In this document: in pieces, positions 9,910-19,284 of the stretch
Position numbering within the stretch: position 1 is the stretch's first letter
How the letters are laid out: the number at the start of each line of letters is the position of its first letter
Assembly (NCBI GenBank): GCA_026397015.1
Contig: JAPLVR010000006.1
Span: forward strand, 1 to 64,000
Reading direction: 5' to 3'
DNA from: Candidatus Iainarchaeum sp.
GTDB lineage: Archaea; Iainarchaeota; Iainarchaeia; Iainarchaeales; JAAZKV01
DNA length: 64,000 bases
Position numbers and translations under genes: made by a program
Notes under the pieces: generated by a model
Told to the model about the DNA's origin: nothing
The model's database searches: none
Seen by the model: only the letters and a program-made list of their open reading frames with translations

Positions 9910-10299
9910 TTAAAAATTTCCAGAGGAATCATCTTTTCTCTCTATTATTCCCTTTATTTTCCTTTTTGAGTTCTCAACCTCAACATCAATCAATCCCATA
10001 TTGGCGAGCGAGGGAATTATCACCAGCAAGGAAAATGTCTGGCTTACGGGCGCAAAAATTATTGTGTACTCGCCTAGTTCAAAGTAAAGCCTGTCGATTT
10101 TGTAGATGAAAAATTTGTCAATTATGGGGAATATTTCGTTTGTGGTGCTTTTTACAAGGTTCCACAAATTAACGTCCCTTACTTTTACCCCCTCCGGAAC
10201 TATACCGCCGAGACCTTTTTTTGCCAACATGCAGGCTAAGACATCATCCATGCGGAGCAGGTCATTTAATATCGAGAGAACTTCTTCCTTTTTAGGCAT
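9910..10299 (-). CDS. Roadblock/LC7-like protein
   Basis: 129 aa helix-beta-beta-helix-beta3-helix pattern ending ANMGLIDVEVE, typical of Roadblock. Confidence 0.65.
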   Translation of the reverse strand: MPKKEEVLSILNDLLRMDDVLACMLAKKGLGGIVPEGVKVRDVNLWNLVKSTTNEIFPIIDKFFIYKIDRLYFELGEYTIIFAPVSQTFSLLVIIPSLANMGLIDVEVENSKRKIKGIIERKDDSSGNF

Positions 10300-10301
10300 A
10301 A

Positions 10302-10958
10302 TCAGTAATTAATAGCCTTATCATCATAATAAAACTTTCTGTGGTGCGCCAGATACTTGCTGTAGCGCATTATAAGGGCATACCCAATATCCCAAGCCAA
10401 AAAAGCAAAAAAGTACATAAAAGCGAAGAAATTAAATAAAGCAAAAAGGAAAACAGTTATCTTCATTACAAACCTGTATTCGAAAAACAAATGAATGTAT
10501 TTTCCAAAATACTTAACAGAGTGGTAAATATTGTTCTTGTCAACAAAATCATTTCCGACTTCATCCAAAACACCTGCAAGCGAGATTGTAATAAGTGCAA
10601 CAGGGTAAATTGCTACAAAATCCAGCGGTGAAGCGCTTAGGAAAAAGAACGCCAAATAAACGCATAAAACCCCCATTATGAAAGCAACATTGTCTATTTT
10701 TCCCTTTACAAGAACTCCTATTATTATTGCCGTCAAAAGAAGGGCAGAAGCAGGATTTAACGCCATTATGTAACCCCAATAAATTGCAGTTAAAGGCGCA
10801 AGAATCAGCGCAATCGCTCTTGGAAATGTTTTTTCATCAAACGCGTCATCGATGTACTTTATGCTGGCGCCCAGCAAAAAATACGAAATAATAAGAAGGG
10901 CACCATAAAGATTTAAGTCCTGCGCTAAAACTTCTTGAAAAATCAGAGGCAATACCAA
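10302..10958 (-). CDS. Multi-pass membrane protein with Asp-rich motifs
   Basis: About 6-7 hydrophobic segments; KYIDDAFDE, GKIDN and LDEVGND motifs. Confidence 0.7.
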   Translation of the reverse strand: MVLPLIFQEVLAQDLNLYGALLIISYFLLGASIKYIDDAFDEKTFPRAIALILAPLTAIYWGYIMALNPASALLLTAIIIGVLVKGKIDNVAFIMGVLCVYLAFFFLSASPLDFVAIYPVALITISLAGVLDEVGNDFVDKNNIYHSVKYFGKYIHLFFEYRFVMKITVFLFALFNFFAFMYFFAFLAWDIGYALIMRYSKYLAHHRKFYYDDKAINY

Positions 10959-11027
10959 TCAAAACACCTTGGGAGTTGTTTATGTTTTATTTATGTGCAC
11001 CGACTAAAATAAATTATACCAATTGGA

Positions 11028-11792
11028 CTATATCTCGGACTCTTTTATTACTATCCCTTCAGACTCCATCGCATAAGGTATCGTTGTCTTGTTGTGGTCT
11101 GTATAGCGCATTTTTCTTACAATCATACTTCTAAAATCAACCGAACCAACACCCACATAGTTAAGCATTACCACACCATCGGCAATAAACTCACTAACCC
11201 CATCAGCACTTAGCTCGCCGTCGCTCTCAGGAAGTTCAGTGGTCATAAGGGTAGTAACTCTGTATTTTCTTATTTCCTTGAAAAGTTTGTACAAAATGCT
11301 TTTTGCGATAACCTGTTCGGTCCGCGGAATAGGATTCACGCTTTCCGCTATCTGAACCATTGAGAAGCCCGCATCATCCGTAATGCCTGAAATAAGAAGT
11401 GAATCTGTAAGTGTAGTGAGCGAATCAATTACAATTCTCTTTGGGCCGAATTTTTGTATTGCATCACCAAGCTTGCCCATGAAATTGCTGCCTGATGTAA
11501 TGTCAAAATAAATTATTCTTAACAAACTCTTTTGCTCTAAATCATTGATATCCCAATTAAAGCAGGACGCCTGCTTAATCAGTTCTTCCCTTCCCTGCTC
11601 CGTGGATATGTAAAGCCCTTTTTCGCCAAAAAGTGTGGCGCCGCTAACTAGATATTGAAGCGCGAGAGTCGACTTTCCTGTTCCTGCGCCGCCGGAAATG
11701 AGAACTACATTCCCTTCAGGAATGCCGCCTTTCAGCGCCTGATCCAAACCTTGAATGCCGAGCTTGGTTCGTCTGATTTCCTCAAGAGGCAT
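11028..11792 (-). CDS. KaiC/RAD55-like RecA-superfamily ATPase (single domain)
   Basis: GGAGTGKS Walker A, RIVIDSL, EFIADGV, VRKMR; TATA TTTTAAATA on the minus strand near 11822-11830. Confidence 0.9.
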   Translation of the reverse strand: MPLEEIRRTKLGIQGLDQALKGGIPEGNVVLISGGAGTGKSTLALQYLVSGATLFGEKGLYISTEQGREELIKQASCFNWDINDLEQKSLLRIIYFDITSGSNFMGKLGDAIQKFGPKRIVIDSLTTLTDSLLISGITDDAGFSMVQIAESVNPIPRTEQVIAKSILYKLFKEIRKYRVTTLMTTELPESDGELSADGVSEFIADGVVMLNYVGVGSVDFRSMIVRKMRYTDHNKTTIPYAMESEGIVIKESEI

Positions 11793-11831
11793 AGTATCGG
11801 TAGTATAAAGCAAAGAAGTAGTATTTAAAAC

Positions 11832-12107
11832 TTACATTTTTGGGTTCCGCCCAAATTTGAGTTGGTTACAAAATGTAACCAACATACAAAGTATTGCCTT
11901 CAAAGGCAATTTCAGTTGTACCCAAATTGGGGACAACTCAAGCTGCTCAAATTCCCTGTCCTTTACTTTGCCCCAATACTGCCTCGGGCTCGGGCTGTCC
12001 GTCAACGCCTCGACTACATCAGTTATGCTGAAAAACCATTCTTCATTATGCCAAACCCTTCTAATTTTTTTGTCCTGAAAAACAACCAGCGCATTATGCT
12101 CATCCAT
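11832..12107 (-). pseudogene. Truncated Bro-N domain (phage antirepressor-like) protein
   Basis: FQDKKIRRVWHNEEWFFSITDVVEALTDS..PRQYW Bro-N N-terminus; homology stops after QLKLP. Confidence 0.75.
11838..11938. repeat. Four back-to-back inverted repeats
   Basis: TTTGGG-ttccg-CCCAAA; GTTGGTTACA-aaa-TGTAACCAAC (11861-11883); ATTGCCTT-ca-AAGGCAAT (11893-11910); AGTTGTACCCAA-a-TTGGGGACAACT (11914-11938, 1 mismatch). Confidence 0.85.
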
Positions 12108-12186
12108 AACAATTCACAAAGGATATCTCTTGAAAGCAGTTTATAACTTTTTCTGGGGTTTGATGCCGGTGAAAAAAAGGCAGACA

Positions 12187-12348
12187 TTAGTTTCGCGAAA
12201 TCAGCTTGTTTTGCTGCTTTGACCATTTTTTGTTCGGCGTTTTTTTGAGCCACTCGACGTACAGCTTGACAAATTCCATCCGCTGCTTCCTGTTCCTTTC
12301 CTTATCCTCTTCAAGTTCTTTGAAATCAATCTTTGGGAATTTATTCAT
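12187..12348 (-). CDS. 53-aa partner protein of the adjacent nucleotidyltransferase (probable TA component)
   Basis: Manual translation MNKFPKIDFKELEEDKERNRKQRMEFVKLYVEWLKKTPNKKWSKQQNKLISRN*; GGAGTG SD at the stop of the upstream gene; below the ORF-track size cutoff. Confidence 0.75.
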   Translation of the reverse strand: MNKFPKIDFKELEEDKERNRKQRMEFVKLYVEWLKKTPNKKWSKQQNKLISRN

Positions 12349-12353
12349 AAAAA

Positions 12354-12953
12354 TCACTCCAACACGCGCACCTTATCTTCAACATTTAACCTTTTCACAA
12401 ACCCTTCAAATAGCTCTTTGTCCAAATGTTCTTTAAACACTTGCCACAGGTGTGCAGCATCCTCAAAATCCTTATCCGAGCCGAGATAAAGCTTGTACGG
12501 AATCTGCAACTCAAGCCTTGAAGTATTTAACGCCTCACCGTTTAACCTGACCGACACTTTGTTTTTAAGGGAATACTTATTCAAGTCGCTCTCCGGGTAT
12601 TTCAATTCGAAGTTCGGAATAAACCTTCCCTTTTCAGCAAACCTTACAGCGAGCCGACTTTTTAGGTAATCCTCATACGCGTCTTTTGCGCTCGAAAAAT
12701 GTATGCACTCAAAACCCGCTTTTTTCAGTGCCGCCCAGAGCTTTTCGAACTTCCCGAGTGGCATTTCTTCGATAAATAAATCAACATCTTCAGTATTCCT
12801 GCTTCTCCCAAAAAGAATCGCAATATAACCCGAAATTATTACATAATCCACTTTTGTTTCATCGAGAATTCTTACAAACCTTATTACAAGTTTGTCCAAA
12901 TCAGAAAGCGCCCTTTCAAAAACAATCTCATTTTCCCTAAACTCAAATTCCAT
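12354..12953 (-). CDS. Nucleotidyltransferase-fold protein (DUF6036/AbiEii-like, putative toxin)
   Basis: YVIISGY.A...GRSRNTEDVD and C-terminal KL..GSDKD.ED motifs. Confidence 0.8.
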   Translation of the reverse strand: MEFEFRENEIVFERALSDLDKLVIRFVRILDETKVDYVIISGYIAILFGRSRNTEDVDLFIEEMPLGKFEKLWAALKKAGFECIHFSSAKDAYEDYLKSRLAVRFAEKGRFIPNFELKYPESDLNKYSLKNKVSVRLNGEALNTSRLELQIPYKLYLGSDKDFEDAAHLWQVFKEHLDKELFEGFVKRLNVEDKVRVLE

Positions 12954-13053
12954 AAAAAACTACTGACTGAGAGTTAATAAAAATGATTCGCAGGCGCCCT
13001 GCCGGCGCGCTGATTAGCTTTAAAAATAATGCGCAACTCACTTTTGCAAAAAA

Positions 13054-14619
13054 TCAAACCTGTAAAAACAATTTCTTGGCCCTTTCCAAATCAATCGTCA
13101 ATAAGAAACCGGAAAGCTTCGGACCGGCCTCCTTATTTATCAGGGCTAAGTAAGCGGCTTGGAAGAATTCCCCCGGCTGAAGGGAGTGCTTCGCCATCAA
13201 TGCGGAAAATAAATTCACTAATTCTTCTTCGCTTTGGTTTGACAATTTGCCGCCCAATTCGCGGAGCATGGACTTCTGTTTTTCGCTCAGCCTTGCAACG
13301 GTTTCGGAACGCACATTTTCCTGGACAGTGAATTTGAACTGCTCCCCGGCATAATTCCCAAGCCAGAATTTTGCGCGCGGAATCATTCCGTTCAAATAAT
13401 TTTTATCAATTCCATTGAATTGCGAAGCAACCTTTTTTTCGTCCATCTGGAAAATCTGGAGCAGCGACACAAGATGCTTGAAATTTACCTGCGAAGGCAT
13501 TTTTTTCGGAACCGAAACGCAGCTCAACTCGTAAAATCTTTTATTCAATTCCAAATCCTCTTTCAGGCAGTCTTCCCTTCCGAAATAAATCCTTTCAAGC
13601 TTCTGGAACTCGTCATAAAGGCGAATCACGTCCATTCCTTCAAAGCTGACTTCGAAATATTTGTGAGGGAGCTTTGAAGCGAACAAATAGCGAATTATTT
13701 CCGGCTGGTAAACATTAAGCATTCCCTCCAAATCAATTGTGTTGCCCTTTGAGGAGGACATTTTTCCTCCCTGCCCTTTAATCGAAATAAACTCGTACAT
13801 TATGTGCTTCGGGGGCTCTTTTTTCCAAATGGCGCGAATAATCTGTTCGCCCGTAGTATAGCTGCCGCCCAAACTCGAATGGTCTTTTCCCGAAGGCTCA
13901 AAATCAACATTTTCATAGTGCCAATGCATCGGCCAATCGATGCGCCAGCTCAATTTAATTATTCCTTTTTTTCTTATGTCAAAAGTATCTTTAAAGCCGC
14001 AAACGCACTCGTATGAAACCGAATATTCTTCGTCATAGCCTGTTATTTTTGTCTCATCCCGCCTGCATTTCTCGCAAAAAATTCTTGCCGGAAACCAGGT
14101 GGGGCCGTCAAACTCTTCCGCCCTGTATTTGTCCAATATTTCTTTTATCTTTGCGCGCCCGCGCATTGCAGTTCTAATTTCTTCGGCATAAACGCATTTC
14201 GTGTAACGTTCTGCCTGTGAAACAAACTCCGGAAAAATTCCAACTATCGGAAGATGCTTTTCAACCGCAACTTCATTGTGACGCGCGTAACTCTTTTCCT
14301 TTCCAAAAGGGTCGGGAACTTCAACTATCGGGTAGCGCAAATATTTCGCGAGCATTTCCTGGTTAGGCATATTTGCCGGAACTTTTCTAAAAACATCATA
14401 ATCATCCCAGGAATAAACGAAACGCACTTTTTTTCCGGCATTCTTCAAAGCCTTCGCAATCAAATCGACGGTAATTATTTCCCTGAAATTGCCAATATGA
14501 ACCACGCCGGAAGGGGTTATTCCCGCTTCAACTGTAAATTCATTTTTCTTCGGATTTGATTCAATCAGCTCTTTTGCTATCGCATCCGCCCAGTGAAGCT
14601 TTTCCTGCTTTGCACTCAT
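13054..14619 (-). CDS. lysS: Lysyl-tRNA synthetase, class I
   Basis: HWAD, GITPSGVVHIGN (HIGH), GKDH, KMSSSKG; ORF open to 14739, start near 14619-14628 preferred. Confidence 0.96.
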   Translation of the reverse strand: MSAKQEKLHWADAIAKELIESNPKKNEFTVEAGITPSGVVHIGNFREIITVDLIAKALKNAGKKVRFVYSWDDYDVFRKVPANMPNQEMLAKYLRYPIVEVPDPFGKEKSYARHNEVAVEKHLPIVGIFPEFVSQAERYTKCVYAEEIRTAMRGRAKIKEILDKYRAEEFDGPTWFPARIFCEKCRRDETKITGYDEEYSVSYECVCGFKDTFDIRKKGIIKLSWRIDWPMHWHYENVDFEPSGKDHSSLGGSYTTGEQIIRAIWKKEPPKHIMYEFISIKGQGGKMSSSKGNTIDLEGMLNVYQPEIIRYLFASKLPHKYFEVSFEGMDVIRLYDEFQKLERIYFGREDCLKEDLELNKRFYELSCVSVPKKMPSQVNFKHLVSLLQIFQMDEKKVASQFNGIDKNYLNGMIPRAKFWLGNYAGEQFKFTVQENVRSETVARLSEKQKSMLRELGGKLSNQSEEELVNLFSALMAKHSLQPGEFFQAAYLALINKEAGPKLSGFLLTIDLERAKKLFLQV

Positions 14620-14788
14620 TCCAATCATTTTTGAGGAAACTTTAGGCACCTTCCCTTGCACGCACTGCCGCGCATTTTGCAGAGCGGTTTTCTTCCCGCA
14701 CTTGCTTTTGCTCATTTTATTGTCTCTTATTTCCATCAATAAAAGTTAAGCCACAAAGGTTAAAAATAACAATCGCCAAGCATCTGTT

Positions 14789-15613
14789 ATGCAACAAACT
14801 GCAAAAGTTGAAATAATTCCATGGGAGCACATGCTTTACTACCAGCAACACGAGGACGTGATTAACTTTATCAGAAAAAACCCAAACAGATGCATTGCAC
14901 TAATTGGGATTGAGGCTTACCCTGAAGGGCACACATATTTCCAGCGAGTGTCTGACCGCTTTTCAACAAATTTCGGAAAAATTGGCCTGACGCCTGAAGA
15001 AGCAAAAAAAATCAAAAAAAAAGGCAGACCCTCAATGAAGAAAGTTGCCGGAGACCAGTGGGCGATGCTGGAACTAATTCATGAATGCAAAAGGCAAAAT
15101 GCCAGAATTTTTTTGCTGGAACCAACAGCAAGCGGGATAATATTAGAGGAGCTCCGGTGGGCTGCAAGCAAAAGAAATGCGTTCAGGGAAAAAAACATGG
15201 CGCAGCAAATAAGGTCCGTTTTATACAACCTGAAGGGAGAAAAGCTGCTTGCAATATGTGGCGCGGTGCACGCGTGCCCTCTCAAAAAGAGGCTTGCTGA
15301 AATTGGAATTGGCTCGGCAATAAACACGGAAATTTTCACAGAAAAAAATAAAATTCAAGAACTGTTAAGAAAAGCTGAGGCGGCAGTAAACTCCGGAAAC
15401 CCAAAAGAGATGGATAAGGTAGGAAGGTTTTTCTCAAAAATGAAATGGAAGCGAAGAAAGCAGAGTTCTGCACAGGTAAAAAAAAGAATTATTGGAGAGC
15501 TACAGCTAATAAAAAGAAAACAAATTGCAAGAGTGCGGAGAAAAATTGCAAGAAGCAAAATAAGACCGTGGCAACAAAGGACAATCATTAAAAAGAGAAA
15601 AGAGGTTGTATAA
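14789..15613 (+). CDS. Hypothetical protein, possible TraB/ChaN-like fold with basic C-terminal tail
   Basis: IGIE, REKNMAQQI...LAICGAVH pattern; last ~60 aa strongly Lys/Arg-rich. Confidence 0.55.
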   Translation: MQQTAKVEIIPWEHMLYYQQHEDVINFIRKNPNRCIALIGIEAYPEGHTYFQRVSDRFSTNFGKIGLTPEEAKKIKKKGRPSMKKVAGDQWAMLELIHECKRQNARIFLLEPTASGIILEELRWAASKRNAFREKNMAQQIRSVLYNLKGEKLLAICGAVHACPLKKRLAEIGIGSAINTEIFTEKNKIQELLRKAEAAVNSGNPKEMDKVGRFFSKMKWKRRKQSSAQVKKRIIGELQLIKRKQIARVRRKIARSKIRPWQQRTIIKKRKEVV

Positions 15614-15617
15614 TATC

Positions 15618-16745
15618 ATGCCGAAGAAGAGTGCGAATAAGGGCGCAAAAGAGGGAAAAGTGCTGGTTGATCCCTGGGGGAGCTCGCTAATTGAAGACTA
15701 CGAGAGGCTGATAAAGGAATTCGGACTGGAACACTTTGATAACAATGAGTTTCCGGAACCGAACCTCCAAATGCGCCGCGGCATCAACTTTGGCGGGCAG
15801 GATTTGAAAGCAATTTCAGATGCAATAAAACAAAAAAAACCGCACTACTGCTTAACAGGAATAATGCCCTCGAGCGAAAAAATACATTTGGGAACGGAAA
15901 CGGTTGTGCAGAACGTCAAATACTTCCAGGACCACGGCGCGAAAACATTTCTGCTTGTGGCGGATTTGGAGGCGCAGGCGACGCGCGGAGTAAGCTTGGA
16001 AGAGGGAAAAAGAAGGGCGCTGGAATTTCATATTCCCACATATGTCGCCCTCGGCCTTGACCCGAAAAAAACAATATTTTATTTGCAAAGCGAGAACAAG
16101 AAAGTGAGCAACCTCGCGGCTGTCTGCGCGCAAAAAATAACCGAAAACGAATTCAGAGCCATTTACGGTTCTGTTCACCCTGCGAAGGTAATGAGCGCAT
16201 TTATCCAAGTCGGAGACATTCTGTGGCCGCAGCTTGGGGAAGAAATGCCCGGAATAATCCCCGTTGGAATTGACCAGGCTCCGCACATCAGAATGACAAG
16301 GGATGTTGCAAGAAGGCTCAAAGGGGAACACAAATTTTTCCTTCCGAGCGCGGTTTACAACAAATACACCTCCGCGCTTGACGGCTCATTCAAAATGAGC
16401 AAAAACGAGGCAGTCGGAAAAATGGAACTTCCCGAAGAAAACATTTCATCGCTCGATAAAAAAATAAACAAGGCGCTCACGGGCGGAAGGGCAACGATGG
16501 AAGAACAGAGAAAAAAGGGCGGCATTCCTGAAAAGTGCGTCGTTTTTGAGTACTGCAAAAATCATTTCATCAGGGATGATAAAGGGCTGAATGAAATGTT
16601 CGAAGGATGCGTTTCCGGAAAAAATCTGTGCGGAGAATGCAAGGCAAAATACGGAATTCCTTACGCCAAAAAATTCTTCGAAGATTTCAACAAAAAGTTT
16701 GAGGAAGCAAAGAAAAACATCGGAAAAATAAATTTTTTAAAATAA
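15618..16745 (+). CDS. trpS: Tryptophanyl-tRNA synthetase
   Basis: VDPWG, TGIMPS.KIHLG, PVGIDQ.PH, KMSK, ALTGGR. Confidence 0.95.
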   Translation: MPKKSANKGAKEGKVLVDPWGSSLIEDYERLIKEFGLEHFDNNEFPEPNLQMRRGINFGGQDLKAISDAIKQKKPHYCLTGIMPSSEKIHLGTETVVQNVKYFQDHGAKTFLLVADLEAQATRGVSLEEGKRRALEFHIPTYVALGLDPKKTIFYLQSENKKVSNLAAVCAQKITENEFRAIYGSVHPAKVMSAFIQVGDILWPQLGEEMPGIIPVGIDQAPHIRMTRDVARRLKGEHKFFLPSAVYNKYTSALDGSFKMSKNEAVGKMELPEENISSLDKKINKALTGGRATMEEQRKKGGIPEKCVVFEYCKNHFIRDDKGLNEMFEGCVSGKNLCGECKAKYGIPYAKKFFEDFNKKFEEAKKNIGKINFLK

Positions 16746-16834
16746 TGAAAATTAAACAGTGAAAATTTTAAAAGAATAAAAGAGCCAAAGTAAAAAAAAT
16801 ATTTTAAATTAAAAAATGCGTTGGGTGAAAAAAA

Positions 16835-18127
16835 ATGCTTGATCCGAAAATAATAAGGGAAAACACGGAAGGGGTGGGCAAAAACCTGGCGAAAAGGGGC
16901 GACCCGAAAATAATCCAGGCTTTTGACGAATGGGTGCTGGAAGACAGGAAGTGGAGGGAATTAAAGGGAGAAGTGGATGATTTGCGGGCGGAGAGAAATA
17001 AAATAAGCGAAGAAATAAAGATTGCAAAGGGAAACAACGACAACAAAAAATTCGAGGAGCTGATGAAAAAGGCGAAGGAACTTCCGGCGCAATTGAGGGA
17101 AAAAGAATCCTTAATGAATGCGGCGGAGTTGAATGCAACCCACCTGATTTCGAAACTGCCGAACCTGCTGGATAAAAATGTGCCAATCGGGGAGAACGAG
17201 GAAAAAAACAAAATCGTGAGAAAATTGGGCAAGCCGAAGGCGGAAAAGTTTGAGTTGAAGCACCACGGGGAGTTTGCGAAAGAATTAGGCATTGCCGATT
17301 TTGAGGGCGCGGTAAAAATTGCCGGCTCGGGATTTTATTATTTGAAAGGAGATTTAGCGCTGCTTGATTTGGCGCTGCAAAGGTTCGCAATAGATCTGCT
17401 TCTGAAAAAAGGATTTACCCTCGTTCAGCCGCCGCTGATGATGAACAGAAAGGTTTATTCCGAAGTAACCGATTTGGGCGCATTCGAAGATGTCCTCTAC
17501 AAGATTGAAGGGCAGGACTTGTACTTGATTGCCACATCCGAACATCCATTGGTTGCAATGAATGCCGGCAGGATTTTTGAGGAAAAAGAAATCAAAAAAC
17601 CCATTTTGCTTGCGGGGGTGAGCCCGTGCTTCAGAAAAGAAGTCGGGAAGCACGGACTGGACGAGAGGGGATTTTTCAGGGTGCACCACTTCAACAAGGT
17701 TGAACAGGTTGCAATATGCAAACCCGAAGATTCGAAAAAAGTGTTTGAATCGCTTGTGAAGAGCCAGGAAGAGCTTTTCAAGAAACTAAAAATCCCCTAC
17801 AGGATTATGAGCATCTGTTCGGGAGAAATCGGTTTCGTTGCCTCAAAGAAATTCGATTTGGAAGGATGGTCGCCGCGCGAGAAAAAATATATTGAGCTGG
17901 GAAGCTGCTCCAACTGCACAAGCTACCAGTCAGCAGGGCTGAACATAAAATACAAGAAAGAGGACGGAACGAAAGAATATGTGCACACATTGAATGCCAC
18001 AATGGTGCCGACAACAAGGACTCTGAGGGCAATAATCGAAAATTACCAAACAAAAAAAGGGGCAATTAAGGTGCCTGCCGCGCTGCAAAAATACATGAAT
18101 GGAAAAAAAGAAATCAAAAAACAATAA
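16835..18127 (+). CDS. serS: Seryl-tRNA synthetase
   Basis: MLDPKIIR coiled-coil arm, LIATSEHPL, CFRKE, HHFNKVEQ, SCSNCT, HTLNAT. Confidence 0.96.
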   Translation: MLDPKIIRENTEGVGKNLAKRGDPKIIQAFDEWVLEDRKWRELKGEVDDLRAERNKISEEIKIAKGNNDNKKFEELMKKAKELPAQLREKESLMNAAELNATHLISKLPNLLDKNVPIGENEEKNKIVRKLGKPKAEKFELKHHGEFAKELGIADFEGAVKIAGSGFYYLKGDLALLDLALQRFAIDLLLKKGFTLVQPPLMMNRKVYSEVTDLGAFEDVLYKIEGQDLYLIATSEHPLVAMNAGRIFEEKEIKKPILLAGVSPCFRKEVGKHGLDERGFFRVHHFNKVEQVAICKPEDSKKVFESLVKSQEELFKKLKIPYRIMSICSGEIGFVASKKFDLEGWSPREKKYIELGSCSNCTSYQSAGLNIKYKKEDGTKEYVHTLNATMVPTTRTLRAIIENYQTKKGAIKVPAALQKYMNGKKEIKKQ

Positions 18128-18186
18128 TAACTAAAAATAACAACAAGACCAAAAAAACAAAAAAATTGCTTAAATAGTTTCTTGCC

Positions 18187-18750
18187 TTATTCGAAAACCA
18201 GCTGGTCGCGCACTTCCTTCGTCGAAAGGTCGAACTCGCTCTGCGGTTTTATTATGAATTTGCAGTTCGGGCTGTTCAAAGCGGCGCATTCCGATTCAAC
18301 ACAATCAACATCGATTCCGAAAACATTTGAAAAAATTCCGGCGAAGATTCCGCGGAGCATGGCATCAACGGGCCAGGACACCTTTCCCTTCAATGCTGCG
18401 GCAACGGGCGAATTCTCAACCAGAAGAATCGCGCGCTTTGCGTTGAAATCCAAATCAATCATTTGTATTTTTCCCCATCCTGAAGCAGTGAAAAAAGTTG
18501 TAAGCAATTCGAGCGCTTTTTCTTTGTTGAGCCCGAAGTCGATGTCAAACTGGCGCATAAGGTCAGATTTCACATTTTTCTTAATCACTTCGTAAATTTT
18601 TTTGTGCAACTCGGCATCAGGAACCTCGACGGCGGAGGTGATGACTTCAACGGGCACAATCAAAAACGGGATATTTACAAGATAAAAGTTATTGTGAGTG
18701 TACTTGAGATTATTGGTAAAAATGTATTTGTCAAAGAAGGAGTTAAGCAT
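18187..18750 (-). CDS. V4R (4-vinyl reductase) domain ligand-binding protein
   Basis: SGWG, RGIFAGIFS, CVESEC....PNCKF; start ATG 18750 overlaps the upstream gene. Confidence 0.85.
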   Translation of the reverse strand: MLNSFFDKYIFTNNLKYTHNNFYLVNIPFLIVPVEVITSAVEVPDAELHKKIYEVIKKNVKSDLMRQFDIDFGLNKEKALELLTTFFTASGWGKIQMIDLDFNAKRAILLVENSPVAAALKGKVSWPVDAMLRGIFAGIFSNVFGIDVDCVESECAALNSPNCKFIIKPQSEFDLSTKEVRDQLVFE

Positions 18751-19129
18751 CGAAAGCACCTCTGCCCGATGATTCTTTGGCGTCTTTGCCGCCGCTGTTC
18801 TTACCCGAAAGAATGATTTCCGATTCCTTCTCGTACTCCTTAAGTATTTCATGAATTGTCCTATATTTCTCAACCAAAAGAGGCCAAACAATGAGGGAAT
18901 TGCCTGCTCTTTTGCATAGGATAAGCTGCTTTTGGACAAGTTTTTTGATATAATACGCGTATTTGGTGCTCATCCTGCGCTTCTTTTCGCGCGTGGAAAT
19001 TTCCTCGTTGAAGTTTTCGGCAATCTCAAGAGCAGTTGTGGGCCAATGGTTAAGAATGAACTCAAAAATTTCGCGCTCGAAGTCGCTCAAACCGGTAAGG
19101 TCTGGCAAGACAGAAATCAGCTTATCCAT
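18743..19129 (-). CDS. Winged-helix DNA-binding protein
   Basis: LSDFEREIFEFI...PTTALEIA...YYIKKLVQKQLI...GNSLIVWP. Confidence 0.7.
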   Translation of the reverse strand: MDKLISVLPDLTGLSDFEREIFEFILNHWPTTALEIAENFNEEISTREKKRRMSTKYAYYIKKLVQKQLILCKRAGNSLIVWPLLVEKYRTIHEILKEYEKESEIILSGKNSGGKDAKESSGRGAFDA

Positions 19130-19284
19130 TGCGCCAAAATTAATGATTTAAGCAATATAAAAACATTCTCTTACTGGCATGACAGGAAAAAAACAAGGTC
19201 TTATACATAATTTGTTTCGGTTTTTTGAACAACTGTCCAAGAAATAGCGAGTTTTATTAAGTGGTTTGTTCAATTAATATTGGA

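Noticed and set aside
12982-13016. Possible C/D-box sRNA (ATGATT...CTGA around a GCGCC/GGCGC hairpin)
   Set aside because: The C box is non-canonical, the element is too short and there are no C'/D' boxes; it cannot be supported without expression data.
6738-13053. Integrated provirus or transposon
   Set aside because: Only a Bro-N fragment and a TA-like pair are present; no integrase, transposase, structural genes, att repeats or flanking tRNA.
18751-18939. N-terminal extensions in the ORF track (V4R, lysS, rpoP, presenilin, DedA, dph2, SBDS)
   Set aside because: They overlap neighbouring genes or promoters; downstream ATGs fit family length and TATA/SD placement better.
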